Notes: a model not told the origin generated them from the sequence alone. Shown: positions 1-13,696, counted from the stretch's first letter. The stretch is 64,000 bases of DNA from Lama guanicoe (GCA_013239625.1 MU053995.1:310001-374000), one strand, 5' to 3'. Made by a program: numbers and translations.

Positions 1-92
1 TACAAATCAAGACCATCCCCTTCTTAAATAAATTACTTACACAAAACTGCTTTCAAACAGCATCCTGCAAACATCTTAAAAATGTGTAAATC

Positions 93-119
<27 letters not shown>
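93..119. repeat. (TG)n microsatellite
   Basis: Perfect TG run. Confidence 0.95.
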
Positions 120-123
<4 letters not shown>

Positions 124-1749
124 AATACAACAGGTACAAATAAAGGATAAATGTCTGCACTGGCTGATAGTAACCAGAGATCACTGATGTTCTTGATGAA
201 AAGTGTTTTAGTGAATGATGTATGGGGTCTTACTGAAATGGGTTGAGAATTTTATATAAATTTCTTTAAGTTTAGTTTAAAAAAGGAGAATGAAGGAGCA
301 GTAATCAGAATAGACTGCAGGACCAAGGAGATTACTGTTAACTGGTAAAAATATTTAAGCATGCTCAAAGTCTGTGGGAGTAATAAAGTGAGAGACTGGA
401 GTCAGTGGGCATGGTGAACTGCTGGATCAAGATCTCAGAAGGAAACGGAGAAGATGAAACAAGGAGTAAACATGAAGGAAATATCCTTAAATAGGAGGAC
501 AAACATTGTTTCTTTTGAGAACTGAGGACAGTAAGTAAATATGAATAGCAATGTGGCTAACTTGTTTTCAGGGACCGGGTGGGATAGGAACTAGAAATAC
601 AAAAAGCAGGAAAATAAAAATTCTGAGTGGTGGCTTCAACCATATATATGCAACCATATATACACAAAAGGAGGCAAGGACTTTGGTTTGAAAGTAAGAG
701 AATGCATACAGGGTTAAAGTTGAGAAGTGAGGGAGATTGAGTTGGTACAGGAGGATACTTAATGATATAAAGGTTCAAAAAGCCCAGCTGGTTTAACTCT
801 TTGCAATTATAAACACACACATACATACACACCTACAGACACACGCACACACACCCCTTTCCTAAACTTTGAATTTAACGATCTAAAGGTATTTTGACAT
901 TTAACAAATACAGTTTGTCAGGAAAAATAGGCATCATGTCCTTAATTTTGGTCTGACATGTACTTAGCCTTTTTTTTCAAAATTAAATATTTTTATGAAG
1001 TATCCTGCTGACTGACCTAATTAAAATGATCTCCCTAAAGGTGACTTTGGAAACTGAGATAGTGTTAGAAAGTAAGACCTCAGTAAATCAGGCAGAAGTA
1101 TCCAGAATAAATTTATGATTATTTACAGAACTAACCTCTAAGGACTTTTTGGATGAAGCTGGCCTTTTTTGGCAAGTTTGTAAAAAGTGATTCTATACAG
1201 CTACTGAAAAACCTAATGTCCTATGTTTACAAGGTTATACTAGATGTTCTTACAAATGTCAGTTTGTAGGAAATCATAAAACTCTTGAACAAAGAAGACT
1301 TGTATAAAATGGAGTAATAAGATATATGAATTTCAACACAATTGCATTTTTTAAAATGGAGTAATAAAGAACTTTAGTTTTAGAGTAAAGCCTCTCCAAA
1401 GAAGGCGTAATTTCTGGAAATTAAGATTGCTTCTAATAACTATCTTTTCCACATCATTTTACAACTTCTTTAGTACTTTTGAATATTTTATCTTACCTTT
1501 TACACAGAAATAAATGAAAGCCTAACTGAAATGAGGTTGGAGAACGTGAATGAGAACTGGGTAAGTGAAGTAGTAGCTTGCAGAAGTGGGATCAAGAGAA
1601 ACTGGTTTCTTTGCTATTATTTTAAGAGTGAAAAGAAAGGTTGTTTGCTGAATGGAATAGTCCTATAGAGGGTGAGAGATAAACTGATGATTTAAGAGAT
1701 AACTGCTGACCAGTAAAAAGAAAGTTTAAAGGCATCTTTGCACTCTTTT

Positions 1750-4450
1750 GTTAATCCCTTTCTTCAATCTACCCTATAGTTAGAGAAAACAATCACTAAT
1801 TTACTTTTTGTCCTTACAGATATACCTGTTCTAGACATTCCATACACTTCTTATACTTCCATGTTCAACCATGTTTTGCTGTTGTGGTATGTATCAATGC
1901 TTCATTTCTTTTTATGGGCAAATAATATTCCATTGTACGGTGCTAACACATTTTTCAAGTCAATGTATCAACTTATCAATAATGCTGCTGTGCACATTTG
2001 TGTAAAAAATGTGGACGTTTTCATATCTCTTGGGTATATGCTTAGCAGAATAACAGCTGAGTCATACGATAATTCTATGTTTAACTTTTTGAGGAACAGC
2101 CAAATTTTTCTGAATTGGCTACACAATTTTCCCTTCCTGCCAGCAATTTAAGAGGTCCAAAATCTCCCCATTCTTGCCAACATTTGCTGTTTTCCATTTT
2201 TATAAATATCCACCAAGTGAGTGTTTATAGTGGTATTTTATCTTGCTTTTTATTTGCATTCCTCTAATGACTAATAATGTTGAACATCCTTCACATGCTT
2301 TTTCCTTTGGCAACATGTCTACTTGAATTCTATGCCTATTTCTTAATTTGCTTGTATTTATTGTTAAGTTGTGAAAGTTTTTTTTAATATCCTGGTTCCT
2401 AGACACTTAGATACACATTTTACAAATATTTTCTCCAATTCTGAGTTATCTTTCCACTTTCTTGACAGTGTCATTGAAACAAAACATTTTTAAATTTGAT
2501 CACGTTCTCTGTGTTTATTATTTCTTTCGTGGCTCATGTTTTTGGTGCTATATCTTAGAGACCATTCTTATTAATAATCCAAGTTTAAGAATACTTAAGA
2601 GTTTTAGAATTTTATTCTAAGAGTTTTAGAATTTAGATCCTACAAGAAAAGTCCTACATTAATTTTTGTGTATTTTGATATAGTGGCCCAACCTCATTGT
2701 TTCATAACTAGACATCCAGTTATTCCAGCACATTTGATGAAGAAATTATTCTTTGCCTCCACCAAACCCTCTTTGACACTCCTGTGAAAAATCAACTGAC
2801 CAAACTTGTATGGTTTATTTTTGGACTCTCAAATCGATTGCATTGATTGAGATGTCTATTCTTATGTCAATACTGCTCAGTCTGGATTATTGAAGGTTTT
2901 TTTGGTTCACGTGGGAATATCTTAATTTCTCCTTAATTTTTAGAGCTCTTGCTAGATATAGAATTCTTTATTGCCACTTTTTCCTTCAGCATATTAAATA
3001 AATCTGATTGCCTTCTAACTTCCATGTTTCCTAGTAAGGAAACAGGTATTTGTTTTTTTGAGAAAAGATCACTTCTACATCCACAATTTCTATTTAGTTC
3101 TTTTTTATTTAATTTATTTTTACTGATATTCTGTGTTTGGTGAGACAGCATTCTCTTTCCTTTAGTTCTCTACGTATGGTTTCCCTTAGCTCTTTCAACA
3201 AGTCTGAAACTGGCTCATTTAAAATCTTTGAAAGTTCATGGAGGGGACAGGATAGCTCAGTGGTGAGAATATGTTTAGCATGCATGAGGCTCTGGGTTCA
3301 ATCCCCAGTATCTTCTCTAAAGATAAATAAATAAACAAACAAACCTAATTACCCCTCCTCCCCACCGATGAAATCTTTAAGTTCACTGAAACTCCTTAGG
3401 ACAAATTTTTATTTACTACTCTTTTTCTCTCTGTTTGGGCCATGATATCTTGTTTCTCTTTCAATTTTTGTTGAAAACCAAGGATTTTAAATAATACAAC
3501 ATGGCAACTCTAAAAATCAAGCTTTCTCTTTCCCAGAGTTTGTTCCTGCTGCTTGTTTAGTGACTTTTCTGAACAAATTCCAGTTTGTATTCTTTGTGCG
3601 GCTAATAAAATTTCTGCTTAGTCAGGTTAAGTGGTTAACTTTGAATGGATTAAGATCTCCATAGATGCGTGGTACCAGGAATACTTCTAATATTTCCCAA
3701 GAGTCTCTGTCAGCATTTTGAAACACATCTTTAACATTCAGTCTGGCAGTTCATACTCCATACTGACTTCTACTTCCTTCTTGGGCAAAATTTCAAGGTT
3801 AGCCAAAGATACTAGCTCAGGACCTTGCCAGGTCTTTCCATAACATGCAAAGCCCTGGGCATTCTCATAATCAAGGTTCTCAGAACAACATCACAGCTTT
3901 TCGAAGCTCCTCATGGACATCTCATTCCACAGGTTTCCTAAACTTTCTGGTTATAATGTCTACTGTTTGCCCTAACTGAAGCTATTGCCTCAGTTGGCAG
4001 TGATATTCAGTAATGCCTCTAATATTCTCTGACAACAACCCCATGGAAAAGGCTGTTCATAACAGGAAACCTCAGAGTCCAGAAGAAATAAAGATAGCCT
4101 TTCCAGTGAGGAACCATCACGCAGATATCAAGTAACAATTCTCTGGAAATGGAACTTCAAGGAGCTTTAACACCTTTCTTTCCCTTTCAGAAGCTGCCAG
4201 GCAACTGATGTTTACTATGATAAAGGATGTTGGATTTAAGCCTACCTTTGGAGGGGTATATGTGAATGGTGCAAGTTAAAAGGCCAAAAAGCTCTCTGTT
4301 CTTACCAAGATTTAGTTTACTTCCTTGAATAAAACTCCCTGTAATGCTGCAAAAGGCTTTAATTAGTTACCACAGTTCTGAAAAGTCTGTTTTTGACATT
4401 GTTTTTACTAGTAGTTTCATTGTTTCTAAATAAACAAGTTTTTATTAGTA
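1750..4450 (-). mobile_element. Old L1 (L1M-type) remnants: ORF2 3' end/3'UTR (~1750-2900) next to ORF1/5' region (~2900-4450)
   Basis: Typical antisense L1 phrases (ttgcattcctctaatgactaataatgttgaacat; ttttggactctc). ORF 2200..2406 resembles the L1 ORF2 C-terminus. Confidence 0.7.
3240..3370 (+). mobile_element. tRNA-derived SINE (camelid Vic-1-like)
   Basis: A box TAGCTCAGTGG, B box GGTTCAATCCC, A-rich tail. Imperfect TSD aaatcttt(ga)aagttca at ~3222-3238 and 3371-3385. Confidence 0.85.
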
Positions 4451-6587
4451 ATTAGGGAAGTTTTTCTCCCATAACTTTCTGTCACATTGTTTTCTTCTTC
4501 GTTGTTATGTGAGTTTTATCTCCTAGTTTGGCTCCTGTATCCATCAGTTTACTCCATAATCAGGTTTAATTTTTTTTTTAAACATTTCATTTTGCATTTT
4601 TCTACAGCTTGATCTCAAGATCCCTGGTAATAGACTTATTCTTATTATTGCTTCTATGGTGGTATTTAAATTGATATTTTTATTTTTCCCTTCAGCTTAT
4701 TTTCTAAATTCTAAGTTTAATTTTTACCTCCTTTTATTGCCTTGTAGTATTTCTTTTGATATACTGTATACCTGTTTTATATTTTCTAAATACATTTTAG
4801 AGTCCTTATGTAAAAAGCATCACTATAGTCTGATAAACAAAATCCTCTTTCTGAATTTTATCAGAACAAACTTCAGAAAACTGATCAACACATATCCCTT
4901 AAAATATCCTTTTTCACTTTCCAGAAATATTTCCTTGTACATACTTATTTTAAAACTCCAAAATTTAATTTGGTTTTACCAGTTTAAGAAAAAGAGAAAG
5001 AAAATGAAAAACCAGCTGGTAGGGAGCTTAGAATGGTAAGCTTCATACATATTCAATAATTACAGAACAAAGGAAAATATAAATACACATATTAAAAATA
5101 GAAAATAAGTGCAATAAACATTTTACTATCCCTGCTATTCTAATAACTACTAGAAGAAATAAACAGGAGTTGGGGGTACAGCTTCAGTAGCAGAGTGCAT
5201 GCTTTGCATGAAGCATCCCAGATATGAAAATCTGGGCTTCATTTATTCACTCATCCACTGGACTTCTTTTTCTTGACTATTCATTATAACTAAAGTCAGA
5301 ATTAATTAGAAATTAGCATCAGAAGATTATAACATAAACTAGATGACCTTGTAGAATGCATGATATTCACAGAATTTTACTTATAAAATTAGTGTATTTA
5401 TTCATTAAACAAATATTTCACACATTATATGCAGAGGGTTTGATGGAGGGGATGCCTAATGAGTAAGTTGCATCAGATTTTGTCCTCAAGAAGACAATCA
5501 TTTAAAAGTAACAGTAGCATCTAGACTGCAAGATATATATACTGCGGCTATCCTGTATCAATGAGCCACGCTGTAACAATGAGCATTTGTCTAGATACAG
5601 CACTACGACATTACAGAAAATGAGAACTCTTTTTGTTATTATATTAAGAAAGGTCTTCAAAGGTAAGAAACTCGCCAAGATGAACACTAAACACTTCATA
5701 CAAACTATTAGGCATTTAGGTTCAATAACTTACTGAAATTTCTAAAGAGGAGAGCAGATGTCTGTTTTCATTCTTTGATCTATATGCTAAATGTATCAAA
5801 GGAACTGAGATATTTACATTTCTCATGCTATTATTAAAAGCCCTGTAGCTGACTATCAGTAATACCATCTATTTTCTTTGTATAAAATGAGATGAGGCCA
5901 TAATTCCTCTACATACTTATCAAAATAGGTCCCAACCACCCTTCCTGCCCAAATAAGGTTTTAAATTATAACATAGCCTTATAGAAAGCATCTTTTTTAG
6001 AAGGCAGAAACAAGAAAATACTGAGAAAATGGAAATCTCCAAATAAAATTATCTTAAAAAATTAATAGTTAAATTTATATTAAAATCAAATCCTGAACTA
6101 GTCATGATAAATACCACCAGCACTTCCTTTTCTTTAGACTACAAGCTCAAGGTCAGAAAGTGTAAGTTATTATTAACTACCTCAACAGTTTATCTAAAAT
6201 AAACTTCTATGCAGAGACAGAATTCACTATTTGCTGAGTAAAATCAGATCCCTGACAATTATTAAACAAGTTCAGGTGAATGTAGAAAATTATCATTATT
6301 ACAAAGCTGGGCCAGGATGATCACTTGCTCACACAGGAGGTAGTTACATGCCTTTCTCTCTGCCCCCAAAATTTCTTCAATTGCTTTTGCAGTGTTATGC
6401 TCAAAGACACAAGAGGAAAACACTTATATTCAGTTAAGAAGAATACTCTGAACTCCATTTACACATAAACCTTGATTCCAAAGATCCTAGTTGTCCTATA
6501 TGCTGGTGATTTAGGATAACCAAGGTATTTAAACCAGAAGACAGATGATGGAACTAGCTAACAAACTATAACCCTAGAAATGTAATG

Positions 6588-7817
6588 AACAATCCTGAAA
6601 AAGAATGAACTGGGGGAATCATGTGCCTTGACTTCAGACTATATTATAAAGCCACAGTAATCAAAACAATATGGTACTGGAGAAAAACAGACACATAGAT
6701 CAATGGAGCAGGATAGAAAGTCCAGAAATAAGCGCACACACCTAAGGTAAATTGATCTATGACAAAGGAGGCAAGAAAATACAATGGAGAAAAGACAGTC
6801 TCTTCAATAAATACTGCTGGGAAAACTAGACACCTGCATGTAAAAGACTGAAATTAGAACATATTCTAACATCATATACAAAAATAAACTCAAAATGTAT
6901 TAAAGATCCAAATGCAAGACTAGGTACTATAAAATTCATAGAGGAAAACATAGGCAGAACACTCATGGACACAAATTACAGCAATATATTTTTAAACCAG
7001 CTCCTGGAGTAATGGAAATAAAAGAAAAAATAAACAAATGGGATCTAATTAAACATCAAAGCTTTGTTCAGCTAAGGATACCATCAACAAAATGAAAAGA
7101 CAACCTACAGAATGAGAGAAAATATCTGCAAATGATGAGATTGACAAGGGATTAATTTACAGAATATACGAACAGATCACACCCCTTAAAAAAAAAAAAA
7201 ACACGCAACCGAATCCAAAAATGGGCAGAAGATCTAAACAGGTATCTTTCCAAAGACATACAGACGGTGAACAAGGATGTGAAAAGATGATCAGTATCAC
7301 TAATTAACAATGAGCAGAGAAATGCAAATCAAAATTACAATGAGGTGTCACCTCACAAGTCAGAATGGCATCATTAAAAAGTCCACAAATGATAAATGCT
7401 GGAGAGGCTGTGGAGAAAAGGGAACCCTCCTACACTGCTGGTGGGAATGTAGTTTGGTTCAGCCACTATGGTGAACAGTATGGAGATTCCTCAAAAAACT
7501 AAAAGCAGACTTACCCTATGATCCAGCAGTTGCACACCTGGGCATATATTCAGAGGGAACTTTAATTCAAAAAGACATCTGTACTCCAATATTCACAGCA
7601 GCACTATTCACAACAGCCAAGATATGGAAACAACCTAAATGTCTACTGACAGATGACTGGATAAAGAAGTTGTGGTATGTTTATACCACAGAATACTACT
7701 CAGCCATAAAAAAGAATAAAACAATGCCATTTGTAGCAACATGGATGGATCTGAAGATTGACATTTCAAGGGAAGCCAGAAAGAAAGAAACATGTGAAAT
7801 GATATTACTTATATGTG

Positions 7818-7858
<41 letters not shown>

Positions 7859-8127
7859 ACACTGAAGAACTTATCTACAAAACTGAAACAGACTCACAGA
7901 TATAGAAAACAACTTACGGTTACCAGGGGGGTAAAGAGGGTGGAAAGAGATAAACTGGGAATTCAAAAGTTGCACTTCTTGGGGGAGTGATGGAAATGTT
8001 AGCTATCTTGATTGTGGTAGTGGTTTCACAGATGTATCTGTCTATCAAAATTCATCAAAATGTACATGTGAAATATGTGTAGTTTACTGTATAGGAACCA
8101 TACCACAGTACAGGTGCAAAAAAAAAG
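6588..8127 (+). mobile_element. 5'-truncated L1 (ORF2 3' end + 3'UTR) with internal poly(A) at ~7824-7857
   Basis: KTIWYW/DQWSRIE/CWENW-type ORF2 C-terminal coding sequence, L1 3'UTR, terminal A tract. Confidence 0.9.
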
Positions 8128-8790
8128 TGAAGTTAGATCAGACACCTATCAAGTATTCTACTAACCAAGTTATTATGAGTATGATGTGTCCTATATATGC
8201 AGAACTATGTCTAATTATGCCCTGGATAATAAAAAAGTAAACAGAACCAAAAAGCCACTGCATAAAGAGCAGTGAGCAGAGTATAAAACCAATGATATGA
8301 AATTTCTTATCAATCTAAAATCTAGATAAATTAGTTGTTTCTGGTTTTGTACAAGACTACTTTATTTCCAGGCACTAAACTGATGTAATTCCGAAACCAA
8401 AAGTAAATTTATTTTTAATATCATTATCACTTAAAAGGTAAAAGAGACATTTATGTGGGAGAAAGGCAATAAGCACAGAAGTGACTGCATTATAAAGACA
8501 GATTTTTTTCCCAGGCTGAAACTCTTTCAAGTATCAGTGGTGATTCTAATGAGGCAGGTAACTGTTTAAACACATCCTTCATGATTTCATACAGTTCAGT
8601 CCTATTCTTCTCAGCCTTTATCTATTACTTTCTTATGTACCATTTAACTTTTCTTCATTATGCAAACAGGCTTATCAGATTTACCTTAATTTTATATAAG
8701 TTTAAGTCAAGAAAATACCACCATGATGTAAGTTAGAAAAGACAGTCTTAAAAAAAAACCTCTTGACAATCACTGTACCCCAAGACTTAC

Positions 8791-9360
8791 AGGAAATCAT
8801 AAGGTAGTCCTCACAGTTGCCTTTGTCATCATCTTGCTGGTCCACAGGAATCCCGTTGGCATCTATGACTGCTTCAGAGGCACATTCTGCCATCAATACT
8901 TCTTCTGAAACTACATCAGTTGTCAGAGGATCAGTGATGATTTCTGCTTCAACTACACTATCATGAATGTGTTCAACATGTCCAACGTCAGACACATGTA
9001 TAGATTCACTTGTCAAGACGTGTTCTGGCATAGACACTGAGGCTGAAATAATATCAGGAGCTAATATCCCATCATCTGGGACTGTGCAATGTGCTAAAGA
9101 AACTTCTTCGGTTACATCTGAAGCAAGCACTTGCTCAGGAATGATGACATTTTCAGACACATCTGCTTCTTCTAAGATATCTGAACACTGAACATCCTCT
9201 ATAACAACATCCTCAATCACATCTTGGATTACAACCGAGTCTGGGTCATCAGGATTAAAGTTATGTACAGTAATATTTGAATCCACAACATCTGAAACAA
9301 AAACAGTTTCTTGTACTTCCACAACAATTTGATCACCATCCATGTGTGTAGCATCAGTTC
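8791..9360 (-). CDS. ZFY: ZFY second coding exon (570 nt, acidic transactivation domain: [25 protein letters not shown]...[10 protein letters not shown])
   Basis: ORF 8702..9343 matches the ZFX/ZFY acidic domain. Acceptor ttttttaag|GAACT at 9360, donor TCCT|GTAAGT at 8791/8790. Phase 1-1, in frame with the upstream exon. Has a single GHV unit rather than the GHVGHVGHV repeat of human ZFX. Confidence 0.95.
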
Positions 9361-10754
9361 CTTAAAAAAAAACAAAAATTAAAATGACAAATTTCAGATA
9401 GGCATCTGTGGCTCTCTCAAATGATGCAAATGTTATTTAATTTCTACCAGGAAAACAGACTATACCTTTAGTTTTCTCAAACATAAAGCAGATTAAAGAA
9501 ATAAAAAGGGAATCTATTTTTGACTCATATAAGAAAACACGAAAGTTTAACACAGCACCATTTTTATTCAACCTTAATCAATTAAAGGGTAAAGAAATAC
9601 TAGAAAAACAAAAAATGAGGCAGTTATACAAAAAAAAAATGAAAAATATTACATTAAAGTTCCCAGGCAACTAAAACAAAAGTTTAAGGGATGATTATGA
9701 GAATTAAGCAAGTAACACAATTTCAGAAAACCTATGAACCATTTTCCTTTATCTGTTCCATTTCTTTTCCTTCCCCCTCAACTCCTTCAGTATATCAGTT
9801 CCCCCAACTCCTTCAGTACATCTGTTTTCTTCTTTTCATCATCCCTACATATTTCTTTTCTTCCTTTCCTTTTTAAATTTCATCCTTTTTTATCCTCCCA
9901 CTCTATTCTGGTGTAATATTCCATCAGTATCCTTACCTATGCCTGGAAGTTTAGAAATTATCGTCTGAATTTAGGATACGAAAGGACTAGGGCATAAATG
10001 AAAAGAGGGGTAGAAGGCCACAGTTACAGAAAAAGGAAGACAACTGGTTAAGGACTTCTGTGGAAAGGTAAGATGAAAAAAAGTGCAACTGCAACAGTAC
10101 TTACTGTGGGACCTGACCAAGTTTACCAGGGGTACTCGACCTCCATCTAGTCTTTTCCCATGCTCTCCCCCGCCAACTCCAAGGCAGTTTCTCAAAATAT
10201 ACAAAACTCTACTCTACTCCATTCTGCAGCTAAGAAATGAAAGTAAAGGGGTGAATCAGCTGGAGCCCAGTGAAATTAAATGACTTCAGCGAGATCACAC
10301 GGCTGTGCATACCACATAGTACTTAGTGAATGAATGCCATGAGGGGGAAAAGAAATAAACACAAGATAAAATAAAACAAACCTAGTATCTTGGTTACTAG
10401 TCCAGAAAAACAAAGAAACAAAAACATGGAAGTCTTACCTAAAATGCTACTCAGCTGTGACTCAGAGAAGCTGAATTAAAGAAATAACTGTATCACTGAC
10501 CAGGCTGTCAGAGATTCTTTAACAAACAAAAATGATCAACAAGGGCCAAAGAATAATAAAAGCTGTAGGAAGTCTTTAAAGTCAGTTAATACTCACTTGA
10601 ATTACATACAGAAACAATGAGAGAATGTTTTCTTTCATTTTTATAGAACTTCTACAAAATGTTTTATAGTGATTTTTCTTTAATGTCTGTAAAAATTCAC
10701 ATCAAGCAATAGATGTATTTAATCTCCATCTTAAAAACATGAACATGAAAATAC

Positions 10755-10970
10755 TTAGTGTCAAGAGCACTGATCAAAATGTCTAAATCAGACAGAAGGG
10801 TTCACACACACTTTTGTGGCCTTGGGCATTCATTTAAAACTCTGAATTTTGGTTTTCTCATCAGTAAAATGAGGACAGTAGTATCTGCTGTGCATATTTC
10901 ATGAGGATCAAATGGAAATGTAAGGGAAGTGTTCTGAAAAACTGTAACAAGAGGTTTCATTATTATTAGG
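10755..10970 (+). mobile_element. MIR SINE fragment
   Basis: Core motif ttttctcatcagtaaaatgagga...catgaggatcaaatg. Confidence 0.65.
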
Positions 10971-11829
10971 ACATATGAAAATGGAGAACCTGGTAGATTA
11001 AAAGACTTGCTGAAAGATGAAAGAACACCATAGGGTTAACAAACAGGCTAAAATGAAACAGCCCTTCAACCTACCACTAAGCTTGTGACCTTGTTTGCAG
11101 CTTTAAACTAGTAAATATTGTGCATTTTCCTCCAAAGAACTTACAGTCTCTCTTTTACGCACATAAATATACTTCATTATGTTCAACTGAACAAAGATGC
11201 ATTTACCATTATCAAACTGGATACCAAACATGAGTGAAAAGACTGTGCTAAACTGCTTCAGAAATAATTAACCCCTGCTCCCAAACACAGGATTTGGACA
11301 GCATATTAAAAATCCTCATGTTTCTTGGTAGTTAGTTACTGTTGCTTTAATATATGGCAAGATGATCACATAAAATTCAAGGAGTAAAATCCTTAAAATC
11401 CTAACTTATAAGAGTAATTGTGTACTAGTAAATTTTATATTATAAAATGTAATCACTTTACAATATTATGTACTTAGAATCATGGGGTAATCTGAAATTG
11501 TCAACACTTTTTACAACTTCATAAATATAATTTTCCTTGTGCACCTAGAAGAATAAGGCAAGATTCCATCTGCCTAATTTGGGGAAGCCTTCTGAGAAAC
11601 AGGGTTGTATAAGTAGGACACAGTCAAAACATAGAGGACCTTGGGTTTATACTTTATCTCCTTGGCAGTTGAGAACACAGAAATGACATCATTCATGTGT
11701 TACTTTATGATGAGTATTCTACTGATATAGTTAATTAAAGAAACTAACAGTCAGAAAAATAATTTAATTTTATAGGTTAAAATGAGGTAATAGTACCTGG
11801 GTTAAGGGGAGAAATTGGCATGGAAAGTA

Positions 11830-13460
11830 ATATGGACCAGCCCATCCACTTGACTCTACCCTCCTTGCAAAATGTCCATGCCCCGATCACTGGAATTGTG
11901 AATACATCACATTACAGATTATGCCACAAATACTTTCTAGAAAGTATAATTAAAGTTACAAACCTTAAAATACAGTGATTTTACTGGATACTTTGGGTGG
12001 GTCTAATCTGATCACATAAACTGTTAAAGCAGAGAAGCATCCCCAGCATTAGAGAGTTGAAGTAGAAAACATTCTACGTTAAGTATGAGGGAGATTTAAT
12101 TCACTACTGCTGGAGGAGGCCACATGGAAAGCTTAAGAAGGAACACAAGCAGCTGCAAGGAGCAAAGACCAGCCCCTCAGCTGACAACCAGCAGAGAAAT
12201 GGGGGCCTCATCCTACAGCTGTAAGGAAGTGAATGCAGCCTAACACCAGAATTAGCTTAGAATCAGATTCATCCCCTAAGTCCTAGAAAGGAACAATACC
12301 CTACTGACATCTTGATTTCAGCAGGATGAAATCCAAACTAGATAGCCCAGTCTTGCCATGCCACACTTCTGATCTACAGAAACTGTGAGACAATAGATTT
12401 TATTGTTTTAAACTGCTAGGTTTGTTTAATGTTTGGCACAGTAACAAATACAGATTTTGGTACAAGAAATTGTCATGCTGCTATACAAATACCTACAAAT
12501 GTAAAGTGGCTTTGGAATCAAATATTCCCTTGAACAGACCCCTAGCAGAAATATGGATGTGAAGAATTCATGCTACCAGAAACTCAGAAGGAATAAACAT
12601 GGACTTACAGAACATCTAAGTCATTGCACGTAGAAATTAATACAAATCTAGACCTTAAGAACACTGCTAGTTAAGTACTCAAAAGGTAGTAAGAAACATA
12701 TTATTCCACACTAAAGGAAAGAATATCTTTCTTATGTTGTGGCAGGAAGCTTAGCAAAATTGTAACCTGCAGTTCCATAGAAAGCAAAACTTGTTAACAG
12801 TGAATTCAGTTACAAAGTTCAGGGTATTTCAGATTTCTGAGCCGCTTAGTTTCAAATGAGCATTTTGGATGCTGAATCTGAGAGCCTCAGGAAAGAATGA
12901 GTGGATTTTACATTTGGAGGGGACATAAATGTTTGGGGACCAACATGTAGACAGTGATAGGCAGACTAGTCCCCCAAAGATAACTAAATCTTAATTCCTG
13001 GGTCTAGCAAATATGCTGTGTGACATGGTAAAAGAAACCTCACAGATGTAATGAAGGTAATAAATGTAAGGCAGGTAGATCACCTTGGATAGGCTTCTGA
13101 CTAGAGTGAAGGAAATATGAGAGCAGGGAACATCAGATTCAAATCATGAGCCTCCGGAAGCACAAAGCAGCCCTGGCTAATTGTCCGTAAGAAAGTAGGA
13201 ATCTCCATTCTACAGCCACAAGAAACTAAATATGGCCAACAGTCTGAGTATTCTTAGAGAATTCTCCCTCAGAGGCTCCAGAAAGGAAAGCAGCTCTGTC
13301 AACACCTTGGTTTTGGTTTTGTGAAATTCTATATAGAGGACTAAATTAAGCCACACTGTATCTGAACTTTTGACCTACAAAACTGTGAGATATCTAACTG
13401 ATACTATTTTAGGTCACTAAATCTGTGGAAATGTATTAAAGCAACAAGAGAAATTCACTA
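11830..13460 (+). mobile_element. MaLR (MLT1-type) provirus, LTR-int-LTR with shortened internal region
   Basis: LTR ~11830-12452 ending aaataca, followed by GATTTTGGTAC (MLT1-int start). Internal ~12453-12950. Second LTR ~12955-13460 shares the gaaactgtgaga motif. Confidence 0.8.
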
Positions 13461-13696
13461 TGAGCAGATATAAAGGAGACACTTTCAAGGATAGAACAGG
13501 ACTTAGAGAGTGAAGATAACAGTAAGATTCTGATACTGAATGTGCAACTAACAAGATTATGAGCTGAAAATGAGGTTTTAACAGGGTAACAAGATACCTA
13601 AGTATGAATCAATATGAGATCTAGCAATTCATCCTCTTGATAAGCAACTCCAAATTTGGCACATGGAAAGTGGAACAACCCAAGAAACAGATATAC

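Noticed and set aside
3241..3312. tRNA-like sequence with A and B boxes
   Set aside because: Has an A-rich tail and TSD, so it is a SINE rather than a tRNA gene
8702..8790. C-terminal extension of the 213-aa ORF (CKSWGTVIV...)
   Set aside because: Read-through past the GTAAGT donor into intron; not ZFY sequence
1..8790. Downstream ZFY exons (DDAGKIEHDG..., zinc fingers)
   Set aside because: Not found by eye; presumed to lie beyond the left edge, so their absence is not evidence of truncation
10098..10200. Minus-strand ACA|GTAAGT donor near 10104
   Set aside because: No convincing pyrimidine-rich acceptor nearby to define an exon
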